Counted from the stretch's first letter, positions 26,527 through 36,890 are shown. The stretch is 64,000 nt of DNA from Chthoniobacteraceae bacterium (GCA_031409335.1 JANNWY010000293.1:1-64000); one strand, 5' to 3'. Notes: generated from the sequence alone by a model not told the origin. Program-made: numbers and translations.

Positions 26527-28671
26527 GTGAGCTGGCTTCGCCAAATCGTTTCCCGCCAAGCCGTTTTTCGCCGGCTGCCGCGGCTGTTGCGGAAGGGGCG
26601 CGTGGTGATCCTTTTGCTTTGGGCGACGGGGGTTTTTGCGGTTTCGCAGACGGCGTGGTTTGGTGGTTTGACGCGGGTCCAGCAGGTCGAGCAAGCGCTC
26701 ATCGACTGGCGCTTCCAGGCGCGTGGCGATCTGCTCGGAAATCCCGATGTCGTGATCGTTGGGATGAACGATTCCTCGCTCGAACAAACGGCGCTCGAAG
26801 GGCTCGCGGCGGAGTCGGAGGGCGTGGCGCTGATGACCGCGCAGAAGCCGCCGTGGAATCGCAAGGTGTGGGCTCTGCTGATCGAGCGGCTGATGCAGTC
26901 GGGGGCGAAAGTGGTCGCGCTCGATTTCATTTTCGATGGCAACAATCCGGGCACGGACGAACTCGCGGCGGTCGTGGCGAAGTATCGGGACCGGCTCGTC
27001 CTTGGGTCGCGCTTTAGTGATGTGACTGCCGATGGCGAGGATCGAAATGTCACTTTCACCGCGCCCGCCACGACGCTGACCGGCGAGGGTGACAGCTCGG
27101 ACATCGTGGGCTCGTGCCTTTTTCGGCAGGAGATCGATCTGGCGATCCGGCGCTTCGATTTCCGCACTTCGCTGATGCGGGAAGCGGGGATGGAAGATGA
27201 CTCGGATGACATCGTGAGTTTTGCGCCGCTCGCGGTTGCGAAGTTTCAGGGCAAATCGGTGCCGCACCGATATGGCGTGCCGATCGCGTATCAGGGTCGG
27301 GCGACCACTTACTTCCATCTGCCGATGGAGGAGGTGCTGACTGATCGCTACTTTGCGAGCGATCCGAAATTCGGGGGAGGCAAGGTATTTCAGGACAAGC
27401 TGGTTTTCGTCGGGCCGATCGCGGAAATCCTGCACGATGTCCACAAGACGCCGTTCGGCGGGATGCCGGGCGTGGAGATCCACGCGAACATCGCTGGGGC
27501 ACTGCTGAGTGGGCGCACTTTGCGCGATGCGCCGCCGGGCACGGCGCGCTGGCTGGCGCTAGGCGTGACGATCGGGGCGGTGGCGCTGCTGATTTTTTGC
27601 CGGCAGGCGCTGACGCAATCCGCGGTATTCGCGGGGCTGACGGTCGCGCTGGCCGTGGCTGCGCATGTTTTATTTAGTCGTGCCGGGACGATCATTCCGG
27701 TGGTGCAGCCGGCGTTTGCGCTGCTCGGCATTGGGGTTTTCGGCGTGCTTTACACTTTTTGGATCGAACAGATGGAGAAGGCGCGGATTCGCGGCGCGTT
27801 CAATCAGTATGTTTCCAAAAACGTTGCGGATGTGGTGCTCAAACATGCGGAGGATTTCGAGCAGATGATGCGCGGGGTGCGGCGGAATGTGACAATCGTT
27901 TTCAGCGATGTGCGCGGGTTCACTTCGATCTTTGAATCGAGCGATGCGACGGCGCTGGTGGAGCAGCTCAATGAGTATTTTGAGCAGATGATCGCCCGAA
28001 TCCAGCAAGCTGGCGGAACGTTTCTCAAATTCATCGGCGATGCGATTATGGCGGGATGGGGAGACACGCATACTCTCGGATATGAAGAGGATGCCACGCG
28101 GGCCGTCGCTGCCGCGCTCGCGATGCGTGATGCTTTACGCGATCTGAACGAAAGGTGGAAGGCAACACCCGCGCGCGTGCCAATGCGCATCGGCATCGGG
28201 GTGCATCACGGCGAGGTAGTTGTCGGCGAGATCGGCAGCCAGGGCGTGCGGAAGGAATTCACGCTGCTCGGGGATGCGGTGAATAGTGCGGCGCGGTTTG
28301 AATCGGCGACGAAGCAGTATCACGTCGATCTGCTGGTGGGCGGGAGCGTGGAGGCGCTGACGCGCGGGAAGTTTGTGTATCGCGCGGTGGACCGGGCGCG
28401 CTTCAAGGGGAAGACGCATCCAATCGAGGTTTTCGCGGTGTTGAGCGACGCGGCGACGCCGGCTCCCGCGTGGCTCGCCCGGTGGGATGAGGCAGTCGCC
28501 CTTTTCCGCGGCGCACGATTCGCGGAAGCGTCAGGACTTTTTCGCGAAGTCGCGGCGGAGATCGGCGGCGAGGATTTTCTCTGCGAGATGTATCTCGCGC
28601 GAATCGCGGAATACACGGGCGATCCGCCGCCTGCGGATTGGGATGGCGCGTACACGCTGGCGGAAAAGTAG
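26527..28671 (+). CDS. CHASE2-domain class III adenylate/guanylate cyclase
   Basis: CHASE2 motifs DWRF, PWNR, LDFIF and MPGVEIHAN; three TMs; cyclase motifs FSDVRGFT, KFIGDA, RIGIGVHHG and GDAVNSAARFE. Start (GTG 26527) uncertain. Confidence 0.93.
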   Translation: MSWLRQIVSRQAVFRRLPRLLRKGRVVILLLWATGVFAVSQTAWFGGLTRVQQVEQALIDWRFQARGDLLGNPDVVIVGMNDSSLEQTALEGLAAESEGVALMTAQKPPWNRKVWALLIERLMQSGAKVVALDFIFDGNNPGTDELAAVVAKYRDRLVLGSRFSDVTADGEDRNVTFTAPATTLTGEGDSSDIVGSCLFRQEIDLAIRRFDFRTSLMREAGMEDDSDDIVSFAPLAVAKFQGKSVPHRYGVPIAYQGRATTYFHLPMEEVLTDRYFASDPKFGGGKVFQDKLVFVGPIAEILHDVHKTPFGGMPGVEIHANIAGALLSGRTLRDAPPGTARWLALGVTIGAVALLIFCRQALTQSAVFAGLTVALAVAAHVLFSRAGTIIPVVQPAFALLGIGVFGVLYTFWIEQMEKARIRGAFNQYVSKNVADVVLKHAEDFEQMMRGVRRNVTIVFSDVRGFTSIFESSDATALVEQLNEYFEQMIARIQQAGGTFLKFIGDAIMAGWGDTHTLGYEEDATRAVAAALAMRDALRDLNERWKATPARVPMRIGIGVHHGEVVVGEIGSQGVRKEFTLLGDAVNSAARFESATKQYHVDLLVGGSVEALTRGKFVYRAVDRARFKGKTHPIEVFAVLSDAATPAPAWLARWDEAVALFRGARFAEASGLFREVAAEIGGEDFLCEMYLARIAEYTGDPPPADWDGAYTLAEK

Positions 28672-28737
28672 GGCGACTTATCGCGTTGACGCGGGGAGCG
28701 CACTTTTCTAAGCCTCGCCTTGGTTATTCATCTCTTT

Positions 28738-30522
28738 ATGAAATCGATTCTGCACTCCTCCATCGCACTCTCAATCGCTGCCGCGGTGACTTTCACAAAC
28801 CCCGCAAGCGCCGCCGACATCGAGCGATCGACGATCACGGAAGTCGTGAAAGATGCGACGGTGCTGCTGCGCGCGACGAAGGGAAAGAAGGCGGCGCGGG
28901 TGAATGATGTGTTCGGCGTGCCGGATGTGCTGCGGACGGGTTCGGATTCGCGCGTGGAGATGATCGCGGAAGATCAGACGGTGACGCGCGTGGGGGCGAA
29001 TACGATTTTTTCGTTCGAGCCGCAGAAGCGGGAGATCAATCTCCAAAAGGGCAGCGTGCTCTTTAACTCACCGTCGGGAAAAGGTGGCGGCACGATCCGC
29101 ACGGCAGCGGCCACGGCGGCGGTGCAGGGGACGACGCTGATCGTGGTGACGACGCAGAATGGCGGCTTTAAGGCGCTGCTGCTGGAAGGGCGCGGGAGTG
29201 TGAAATCCAACGGCAAGACGCGCTCCATCGGGGCGGGGCAAATGGTGTATGTGCTGCCGGGCGGGGATTTGAGCGGGGTGCTGAATTTTCACCTCGCGGA
29301 GCAGGTCGGCGTGGCGCGGCTGGTGAATGGATTCAAGGCGCCGCTGGCATCGCAGGATAAAATCGACAAGGCAGTGGCAAAGCAGGAGGCGCAGATCGCG
29401 AAGGGTCAGCTCGTGACGACTGGGCTGCTGGCGAGCGATTCGCCGACGCAGGCTTACAAGGTGGATCCGACGATCGCGTTCGACGTGGTGCGGTCGCCGG
29501 AGCGGGCGCAGCGGATCGTCAATTCCGGGCAGGCGGGGCTGGCCGATTCAGTGATCGCGCAGCCGCAGCTTGATCTGGATCGGGTATTCTCGGCGCTGAC
29601 GGATGCGCCGCCGGTCCTCGGCCCAGGCTCGGGGATCGCGGGGGATTTGCCGCCGGACTATTCCCTCTACATCGCGCGGAATACGACGGTGCGCACGAAT
29701 GCGATCGATCTCTCGCCGTATCTGGGAACGTTCCTGTTTTATTCGACGGGCGATTTCATCGTGGAGCAGAGCGTCGCGATCGGGGGTGGGCCGGAATCGG
29801 TGGGGATTTTCGCGCTTGGCACGGTCCGGCAGGTGCCAGGTGCGTTCCTCGATATCGACGCGGCAAACGCGTCGGTGTTTGCCTTGGGTCTGGATGCGGC
29901 GGAGGCGGGCGGTGCGGTGGTGGGGAGTCCGCTGGCGTTCACGGGCGGCGGCATTCGCGCGACGGGAAATCTTTCGCTGTTTGCGGCGAGCTTCGATTTG
30001 AATCAAAGCGTGCTCGGGTCGCAGACGGGTGGCGTGATCGCGAGTGCATCGACGGATTTCACCGCGTTCGGACTCGGGGCGAGCGCGCCGCAATTCGTCG
30101 CGCCGAAATCGGTGACGATCTTTGCCGGGCGAAATATCGACATCACGAACAGCGTGACCTCGGTGCTGAACTCGGACTTTACCGCCGGCAACAACATGAC
30201 GCTGACCAATGTCGCTTTCCTCACGAGCGGCGGACCGGCGCAGTCGGTGAATCTTTCCGCAGGAAATCTGATGTCGCTCACCAATGTCGCGCTCCAAGCG
30301 CAAAGCGTGGCGCTGGATGCGCGCACGGTGACGCTCACCAATGTGGCCTTTCCCGCGCTCTCGAATGTGACGCTCCGCTCAGAAACAGGGCTGCTCGCGA
30401 CGCAGCCAAACACCGGCCGGCCCGTCGAAGTCGGCAAAGTGAACTTCATCCAAAACGTGACCTACGGCGGCTCGCCCGCGCAGAACGCCGTGGGCTCGGG
30501 CATCTCCATTTCCAAGAAATAA
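28738..30522 (+). CDS. Secreted FecR-domain protein with C-terminal beta-strand repeat passenger
   Basis: Signal peptide; FecR motifs LRTGSDSRVE, TRVGANT and IRTAAATAAVQGT; C-terminal repeats TLTNVAF/SLTNVAL/TLTNVAF/LSNVTL. Confidence 0.85.
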   Translation: MKSILHSSIALSIAAAVTFTNPASAADIERSTITEVVKDATVLLRATKGKKAARVNDVFGVPDVLRTGSDSRVEMIAEDQTVTRVGANTIFSFEPQKREINLQKGSVLFNSPSGKGGGTIRTAAATAAVQGTTLIVVTTQNGGFKALLLEGRGSVKSNGKTRSIGAGQMVYVLPGGDLSGVLNFHLAEQVGVARLVNGFKAPLASQDKIDKAVAKQEAQIAKGQLVTTGLLASDSPTQAYKVDPTIAFDVVRSPERAQRIVNSGQAGLADSVIAQPQLDLDRVFSALTDAPPVLGPGSGIAGDLPPDYSLYIARNTTVRTNAIDLSPYLGTFLFYSTGDFIVEQSVAIGGGPESVGIFALGTVRQVPGAFLDIDAANASVFALGLDAAEAGGAVVGSPLAFTGGGIRATGNLSLFAASFDLNQSVLGSQTGGVIASASTDFTAFGLGASAPQFVAPKSVTIFAGRNIDITNSVTSVLNSDFTAGNNMTLTNVAFLTSGGPAQSVNLSAGNLMSLTNVALQAQSVALDARTVTLTNVAFPALSNVTLRSETGLLATQPNTGRPVEVGKVNFIQNVTYGGSPAQNAVGSGISISKK

Positions 30523-30543
30523 ACCGGTCTGACTTCCACTGAT

Positions 30544-31521
30544 ATGCGCACCATCGCCCTTCTCCTTCTCGCCGCTGCGACCGCCAACGCAGCCAGCCCC
30601 ATCGACTCCGCCGTGAACACCGCGCAAGGCGCCGGCAATCAAGGCCAGCTCAAAGCCTATTCTCGCGGCAGCGCCGTGGATGGCGAGGCGGTCCCTGAAC
30701 TTTACCCCGGAGAAAATCGCGATGTCGGCCCGCAGATGCTCATCATGCAGCAGATACGGAAAGTGTATTTCGAGGGCGGGTTGGATTTGCAGTATTACTA
30801 CACGTCGAATGCGCTGCTGACGGAGAAGGGGAACACGGATACGGGCGTGCTGCTTTCGACCGCGTACTTCGGGCTCGCGCCTTCGCCGTTCGATCTGTGG
30901 GGCGGCAAATTTCAGTGGCGCGCGGGTTACAAACAGCAGGCCTACAACTACGGTTTGGACAAGACCACAAACCAGCTCAACAACTTCGATTTCACCGTCG
31001 GCACCGTCTATCTGAATGGACGCTTCACTTTCGCCGAAAAATGGACCGCGTCGCTCGGGCTGGACTACAACCGGTTCCAGAGCTTCGAGTCAAACTTCGA
31101 CGAATTTTACACCGAAGCCGTGCCGCAGTGGGGAATCGAGCGGCTGTTTGAGATCAATGAAAAGACCTACGTTTCGATGGGCTATTTCGGCGCGTATCAC
31201 CTCACCCATACCGATCCGCTGCCGACGACGAACATCAATGACCGGCTCGATTCGGTGTTCCTCGCCACGGCTGTGCATCAGCTTTGTGAAAAGGTGATCG
31301 TCCAGCCGTTCTACCGCTTCCAGCACGCACACTACACCGAGAACAGCGACCGCAACGATGTCATCAACACATTCGGCGTGGCGCTCGCCTACCTGATCAA
31401 TGACTGGTCGTCCGTCCGGGTTTTCACCAGCTACGAAGTGCGCGACTCAACTGATCCGTCGATCCCCGATTACCACAAGTGGGACACAGGCGGCGGGGTG
31501 TCGGTTTCGATCCGGTTTTAG
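30544..31521 (+). CDS. Outer-membrane beta-barrel protein
   Basis: Signal peptide; alternating aromatic beta-strand pattern; C-terminal GVSVSIRF (BAM beta-signal-like). Confidence 0.8.
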   Translation: MRTIALLLLAAATANAASPIDSAVNTAQGAGNQGQLKAYSRGSAVDGEAVPELYPGENRDVGPQMLIMQQIRKVYFEGGLDLQYYYTSNALLTEKGNTDTGVLLSTAYFGLAPSPFDLWGGKFQWRAGYKQQAYNYGLDKTTNQLNNFDFTVGTVYLNGRFTFAEKWTASLGLDYNRFQSFESNFDEFYTEAVPQWGIERLFEINEKTYVSMGYFGAYHLTHTDPLPTTNINDRLDSVFLATAVHQLCEKVIVQPFYRFQHAHYTENSDRNDVINTFGVALAYLINDWSSVRVFTSYEVRDSTDPSIPDYHKWDTGGGVSVSIRF

Positions 31522-31629
31522 CCGCGGGTGGTCGGGGATTTGGAAAAAAGTGGCTGAAAGAACGCTGCCGGAAGAAATCTGGTAGTCAGTCCAAAGGGTG
31601 TTCGTTATGTTCCCGCACTCTTTTCCGCC

Positions 31630-34600
31630 ATGAAAAATGCCCGCCTCCAGTTCCCCGGCTCACTCGCACTCGCCGCCGCTTTCGCGCTCGGGATGCCCGG
31701 TGCAGCCACGCTCAATGCGCAGTTGCCGGCGGCACCGCCGCCGGGCCGCGATCAACTCGCATTCCAGCAAGGGCAGCAGCTTTACAATGCGGAAAAATAC
31801 CCGGAGGCGATCAAAATTTTCGACGCGATCCAAAAGGACTTCCCGACTTCGCCATACATCCCCGGGGCAAATCTCCAGTTGGGGCTTTGCTACTTCTTCA
31901 CCGGTGATTTCGACCAAGGCATCGCGGCACTCCGAAAGAATCTGAACAACAAAAACATTCTGCCAGAGATCCTGGAAGACTCTTACGGGCTCGTGCCGCA
32001 ACTGCTCTCGGCGAAGGCGCAGAAGATGAATCCGAACGACGGCAGCAGGAAGCCGACGCTTGAGGCCGCCGTAAAGGAGTTCGATGTTTTCCTCCAAAAA
32101 TATCCGCAGAGCCCGGAGGCGGAGCAGGCAAATCTTGGCAAGGCGCGCGCGCTTTACGGTCTCGAAAAATTCGTTGAGGCGACGGAACCGCTCCGCTCGA
32201 ATATCCAGAAATTTCCGACCAGCGAATCCATCCTGGACAACCAATTCATGCTGGCGCTGATCCTCGATACGCAGGCTCGCGAAACGATCCGCAAGGCCAC
32301 TGCGCCGGGTGAGGATAAGACGGCATTCACCGCGTACGATGAAGCCGAGAAACTACTGCGCGACATCGTGATGAAGCGCACCGATCTCGCGATGATGAAC
32401 GACGCGCAATTCCAGCTCGGGGAAATGCTCGCCGCGCGCGGATCCTCGACGACACCGGACAAACGCGATGCAATTTTCTACCGGGCGCTCGATGCGTATC
32501 GGAACACGTATCCGATTGAAACCGTGGTGCAGGCGCAGAACTTTCGCATCAAGGGCATCCAGCAACGGCTGGTCGATGCCGGCAAGAAAAGTGATGTGGC
32601 GGGCGTCCGGCGCTTCCAGGCGATGCTCCCGCGTGAGCAGGCGAAGCTCGGCGAAATCACGGGGCGCCCGGACCAAACGCTGGCGGCAAAGATCAAGAGC
32701 GCGCAGATCTACCTCGAGTTGCACAAGGAAAAGGAGCGCGAGCGCATGGACGAGGCGCGGGTGCTTTATCGGTTCGTCGAGCAATTCACCAAGGATCCCG
32801 AGCAGCAGAAGCAAATCCTCTACGGAGTGACGCTCACCTACGCCGGTCAGCATCTCCCGAAAGAAGCCGAGGAGCAGTTCGCAAAATGGACGGGTGCCTT
32901 CAAGAATGACCCGATGGGCGAAAATCTGCCGCTCCTCATGGGTTCGATGTACCTCGATCCCGACCCGAAGGTGAACGACCCGAAAAAGGCGATTGCCTAT
33001 TTTGACAGGCAGGCGGCGGATTTTCCGAAAAGCAACTTCACCGGACAGGCCACGATGCAGGCGGCGCTCGCGCGCATTCAGCTCAAGGAATACGATTCCG
33101 CCACGGCGAAGCTGAAGGAATTCCTCGATGCGAAACCCGACAAGGAGCAGGCAGTGGTGGCGGAGTTTGGCCTGGCGACGATTTACAAGGACACGGGCGA
33201 GCGCGACAAAGCCGTCGAAACATTCCGGGCGGTGCTCGCCAAATATCCGGGCACGGAGCAGGCGGAACAATCGGCGTTTTGGATCGGGCAGATGTTGCTG
33301 GGCAAGGGCGACGGCAAGGGCGCGATTGCGGAGTTGAAAGGATTCCTCGCAAAGTTTCCAAGCAGCGAACTCGTGCCCGCGGCGATGCTTTCGCTCGGCC
33401 AGGCGTTGCGCGATTCCGGCCAGGTGGACGCGGCGCTGCAGAACTGGAAAGAGGTCGGCGAAAAGCATTCCGCTTCCGATGCCGCGCCCGCGAGCTACTT
33501 CCTGCGCGCGACCACGCTGCAAAATGCGCTGAAGTACGATGACATGAAGGCGGTGATGAAAGATTTCGTCACGAAGTACCCGGACAGCGACCGCGTTTTT
33601 TCGGCGTACGATTACGTGGCGCAAGTGCTGAACCTTCAGGAAAAAAAGCCGGAGGAGGCGATCAAACATTACGAGGAATTCATCGCCAAATACCGGGATG
33701 GAAAAGACGCCCCGGCGGCGATCCTCAAGGTGAGCGACATTTGGAAAAAGATGGCGGAAGCGATGGGTCGCTATGTGGCGATCCCACCGGCGCAGCTTGA
33801 GAACTGGCGGAAGTATTGCGACAAGAGCGTGGAGGCATCGGAGACGATCCTGAACAAATACACCGAGAGCGCGGAGGTCGCCGGTGCATTGCAAAATCTG
33901 CGCAAGGTGCAGGAGGGATTCGTGGCCGCGCGTCTCAAGGCGGATACAAACGTGGAGAAATACTTCAATGAACTCGCGGCAAGATTTTCCGCGAAACCCA
34001 CCATCGCGAACAAGATCAAATTCACGCTCGCCGGCTACTACGCGGAGAAGGACAAGGCGAAGGCTTTGACGATGATGAAGGAAGCGTTCGATCCGAACCT
34101 CGTGTACGCTTGGGCCGACCTCGAGACGAACGCGGAGGCATTGATCGAGCAGAAGCAGTATGACGAAGCGGACAAGATCGTGGCGAAGATCGAGAAAGAC
34201 TTCGCGCTGCCAAAAAATGCGGACATCACCAAGCAATCGCGGAGCGCGCTCGAGCCCGTCGCGTCCGCCCTTTTCCTAAAGGCGAAGGTGCTCCAGAACC
34301 GCGGGAAGAATGCGGAAGCGGCATCGCTCTTCAGCCAGCTCAAACAGCAATACCCGTGGTCGCCAAAACTGCTCGAAGCCGATCTCGGCATCGGCATCGA
34401 CCTCTTTCAGCAGAAAAAATACGACGACGCCACATCCCGTCTCAGCCCCGTGGCGCGCGCCACCTCCGGCCCGGTCGAAATTCGCGCGAAAGCGATGATG
34501 ACGCTCGGGGAAATCTCCGAGGCCGAGGGCGACATCGACACTGCGATCAACAACTACATCAAGGTTTCGATGATGTTCGAGGGCCTGCCCGAGTTCGCTG

Positions 34601-34737
34601 CGGACGGACTCTGGCGCGGCGCACAACTTCAGGAAAAAAAGGCAAGCGGCGAACTGAAGCAGGTCCAGAAAGCCACGCCTGCGCCGGAAAAGAAAACCGA
34701 AGCAGAGAAGGCACCCGAGAAAAAAGCCGCAAAATAG
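31630..34737 (+). CDS. Large periplasmic TPR protein (BamD/CpoB-like repeats)
   Basis: Signal peptide; repeated 'xxYP/FPxS' TPR units along 1035 aa; Lys/Glu-rich tail. Confidence 0.88.
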   Translation: MKNARLQFPGSLALAAAFALGMPGAATLNAQLPAAPPPGRDQLAFQQGQQLYNAEKYPEAIKIFDAIQKDFPTSPYIPGANLQLGLCYFFTGDFDQGIAALRKNLNNKNILPEILEDSYGLVPQLLSAKAQKMNPNDGSRKPTLEAAVKEFDVFLQKYPQSPEAEQANLGKARALYGLEKFVEATEPLRSNIQKFPTSESILDNQFMLALILDTQARETIRKATAPGEDKTAFTAYDEAEKLLRDIVMKRTDLAMMNDAQFQLGEMLAARGSSTTPDKRDAIFYRALDAYRNTYPIETVVQAQNFRIKGIQQRLVDAGKKSDVAGVRRFQAMLPREQAKLGEITGRPDQTLAAKIKSAQIYLELHKEKERERMDEARVLYRFVEQFTKDPEQQKQILYGVTLTYAGQHLPKEAEEQFAKWTGAFKNDPMGENLPLLMGSMYLDPDPKVNDPKKAIAYFDRQAADFPKSNFTGQATMQAALARIQLKEYDSATAKLKEFLDAKPDKEQAVVAEFGLATIYKDTGERDKAVETFRAVLAKYPGTEQAEQSAFWIGQMLLGKGDGKGAIAELKGFLAKFPSSELVPAAMLSLGQALRDSGQVDAALQNWKEVGEKHSASDAAPASYFLRATTLQNALKYDDMKAVMKDFVTKYPDSDRVFSAYDYVAQVLNLQEKKPEEAIKHYEEFIAKYRDGKDAPAAILKVSDIWKKMAEAMGRYVAIPPAQLENWRKYCDKSVEASETILNKYTESAEVAGALQNLRKVQEGFVAARLKADTNVEKYFNELAARFSAKPTIANKIKFTLAGYYAEKDKAKALTMMKEAFDPNLVYAWADLETNAEALIEQKQYDEADKIVAKIEKDFALPKNADITKQSRSALEPVASALFLKAKVLQNRGKNAEAASLFSQLKQQYPWSPKLLEADLGIGIDLFQQKKYDDATSRLSPVARATSGPVEIRAKAMMTLGEISEAEGDIDTAINNYIKVSMMFEGLPEFAADGLWRGAQLQEKKASGELKQVQKATPAPEKKTEAEKAPEKKAAK

Positions 34738-34751
34738 AGAGCCACGGATTC

Positions 34752-34988
34752 ATGCTGAAAACCCTCCTCAATTTCACGTTCATCGCGCTTTTGGCGGTCG
34801 GCTGTTCAAAAAAGAAAAAGGCCGTCCTCCCGCCTGGCGAACTCACCGAAGCTCAGAAAACCGAGCTGCGAACCAAGGCTCTCGCGAACTACAAGAAGCT
34901 CGCGGAAAAATATCCCGATTCCCCGCACGCCGAGAAAGCGAAGGAGCGGGCGCAGGCGCTCAGCGCTGCGCAGGGCTCCAAGAAGTGA
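34752..34988 (+). CDS. Small lipoprotein with a single TPR-like unit
   Basis: MLKTLLNFTFIALLAVGC lipobox; YKKLAEKYPDSPHAEKA. Confidence 0.75.
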   Translation: MLKTLLNFTFIALLAVGCSKKKKAVLPPGELTEAQKTELRTKALANYKKLAEKYPDSPHAEKAKERAQALSAAQGSKK

Positions 34989-35617
34989 AGCGGGCGGAAC
35001 GCGCCGCCGCGGTCGTGGATGCGCTCCGCCAAGTGTATCCCGACGCGCATTGCGAACTGGATTTCGCGGACCCGCTCCAGCTCCTCGTCGCGACGATTCT
35101 CTCCGCGCAATGCACCGACAAGCGCGTGAACATGGTGACGAAGGAACTCTTCCGCGTCTGCCGCACCGCGCGCGATTACGCGGAGATTGATCCCGCGAAA
35201 TTGGAACAGCTCGTCCAGTCCACCGGCTTTTTCCGCGCGAAGGCAAAAAACATCCGCGCCTGCTGCGCCGCGCTCGTCGCAAATCACGGCGGCAACGTTC
35301 CCAAAACCATGGGTGAACTCACCGCGCTCGCTGGTGTCGGAAGGAAGACGGCGAATGTCGTCCTCGGAAATGCCTTCGGCATGGAGGAAGGCGTGGTCGT
35401 GGACACACATGTGCAGCGGCTCTCGACGCGGCTCGGTCTCACGAAGCAGAAGACGCCCGAAAAGATCGAACGCGACCTGATGAAGATGGTGCCGCGCAAT
35501 TGCTGGACGCTCTTCAGCCACTGGCTGATCTGGCACGGCCGCCGCCGCTGCGTCGCGCGCAAACCCGACTGCCCCCGCTGCGAAATCCGCGCGCTCTGCC
35601 CGAGCGCCCGCGCGTAG
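34985..35617 (+). CDS. nth: Endonuclease III
   Basis: LSAQCTD, HhH LAGVGRKTANV, VDTHV and the Fe-S motif C-x6-C-x2-C-x5-C. Confidence 0.97.
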   Translation: MKRAERAAAVVDALRQVYPDAHCELDFADPLQLLVATILSAQCTDKRVNMVTKELFRVCRTARDYAEIDPAKLEQLVQSTGFFRAKAKNIRACCAALVANHGGNVPKTMGELTALAGVGRKTANVVLGNAFGMEEGVVVDTHVQRLSTRLGLTKQKTPEKIERDLMKMVPRNCWTLFSHWLIWHGRRRCVARKPDCPRCEIRALCPSARA

Positions 35618-35646
35618 GAGAGAAAAAAAACGCGCAATCGCGATGA

Positions 35647-35678
35647 CAACCTTTTGTTGCATATGCAACAAAAGGTTG
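35647..35678. promoter_or_regulatory. Perfect 32-bp AT-rich palindrome (possible operator or hairpin)
   Basis: CAACCTTTTGTTGCAT|ATGCAACAAAAGGTTG with no spacer, intergenic after nth. Function is inferred only. Confidence 0.55.
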
Positions 35679-35846
35679 CCCACAGCTTTGGCCGGTGCGG
35701 CGGGATTTGCGGGCGGAAAGCGCGGGCGGTGCCTGGCTGCGATCCCGATCGAAGGCGGTTTGGTGCGGACGCTTGACGCCGCACCCGAGCCGTCTCGTTC
35801 ACAATTCAGCGTGCGGCGCGCGGCTGCGTCCGTCATCGTTTCGGTG

Positions 35847-36890
35847 ATGACCGAACCCGAATTGCCACCGCCCCGGATGAAAATCGCCGTTCTAAATCCG
35901 AAGGGTCGCGACATCGACCAGCCGTTTCCCGATGGCGCGGGCGCGCCGACGGATGCGCTCCATCCGCCCGTGAATTTTCATGCGTTCGCGGCTTGCAGCG
36001 GCGGCGGCTTTTATCGCGATGACCGCTCGATCCCAGCAGAAATCAAATCCGTGCTGCTGCTGCTCCGCCACGACCTGAAGGCAAGCCGCCAGGCGCTTCT
36101 GGAGCTGCGCCGTGCGAAGAAAGCGGTGATCGTTTCCTTCAAGGAAGCGGGCGCATTTCAAATCGCGGCGCTGCTCGCGAAGCCTGATAAACTCACGCTT
36201 TTCCGCGAAATCTGTCAGCGCGCCGACGCGGCGCTGGCGACGACGCCGGATGCGCAGCTGCTTTACCGGCACGCGGGCGCGCGCGAAGTGGAGTTCATTC
36301 CGACGCCGTATCCGGTGGAGGATGCGCGTTGGGAATTCGGAACGCCGCTGGAGGAGCGTCGCGGGATTTTCGTCGGCACGCGCGAGTTTTCCACGCCGTC
36401 GCGAAATCACCTCGCAGCCTTGCTCGCGATCAAGCCGATGGCGGAGTCGATGCTGGAGCCAGTCACGGTTTTCAATGGCGACGGCTGGCGCGGACGACGG
36501 CTGATCGCGCGCCTCGGATTCACGGAGGGACATCTGCGCGTGATCGAAAAACGGCTGCCGTATCCCGCGTATCTGCGGCTGCTGGCAAAACACAAAATCG
36601 TCTGGCAGCTCGACGCGAGCGCGGTGCCGGGTCAGGTCGCTGGCGATGCGCTGCTGTGCCGCGTGCCGTGCGTGGGTGGGAATGGCACAACGGAGCGCCT
36701 CGTCTTTCCCGAACTCTGCGGACACGGGCGCGGTACGGAGGAGCTTTTCGACATCGCGGCGCGCTTGCTGGAACATCCGCACGATTGCGCGGCGGTGATC
36801 GAGCGGGCATTCGCACTCGCGCGCGAGCGGTTGTCATTCGCGATCGTCGCGAAGCAGCTCGCGACTTTTTTTTCGCGTTGCCAAAAATGA
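35847..36890 (+). CDS. Hypothetical protein, probable GT-B (GT4-like) fold
   Basis: C-terminal SAVPGQVAGDALLCRVPCVG resembles the GT4 'E..G....EA...G.P.V' segment; ends with RERLSF. Start 35847 or 35877. Confidence 0.6.
   Translation: MTEPELPPPRMKIAVLNPKGRDIDQPFPDGAGAPTDALHPPVNFHAFAACSGGGFYRDDRSIPAEIKSVLLLLRHDLKASRQALLELRRAKKAVIVSFKEAGAFQIAALLAKPDKLTLFREICQRADAALATTPDAQLLYRHAGAREVEFIPTPYPVEDARWEFGTPLEERRGIFVGTREFSTPSRNHLAALLAIKPMAESMLEPVTVFNGDGWRGRRLIARLGFTEGHLRVIEKRLPYPAYLRLLAKHKIVWQLDASAVPGQVAGDALLCRVPCVGGNGTTERLVFPELCGHGRGTEELFDIAARLLEHPHDCAAVIERAFALARERLSFAIVAKQLATFFSRCQK

Noticed and set aside
28692..28704. 13-bp match (CGGGGAGCGCACT) to the repeat arm at 26312-26324, flanking the cyclase as a direct repeat
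   Set aside because: Short and GC-rich, could be chance, and has no partner arm; insufficient evidence for a mobile unit.
30195..30375. Short direct repeats (ACCAATGT[CG]GC) as a possible CRISPR or tandem array
   Set aside because: Degenerate, in-frame repeats encoding LTNVA beta-strand units of the FecR protein; no cas genes.
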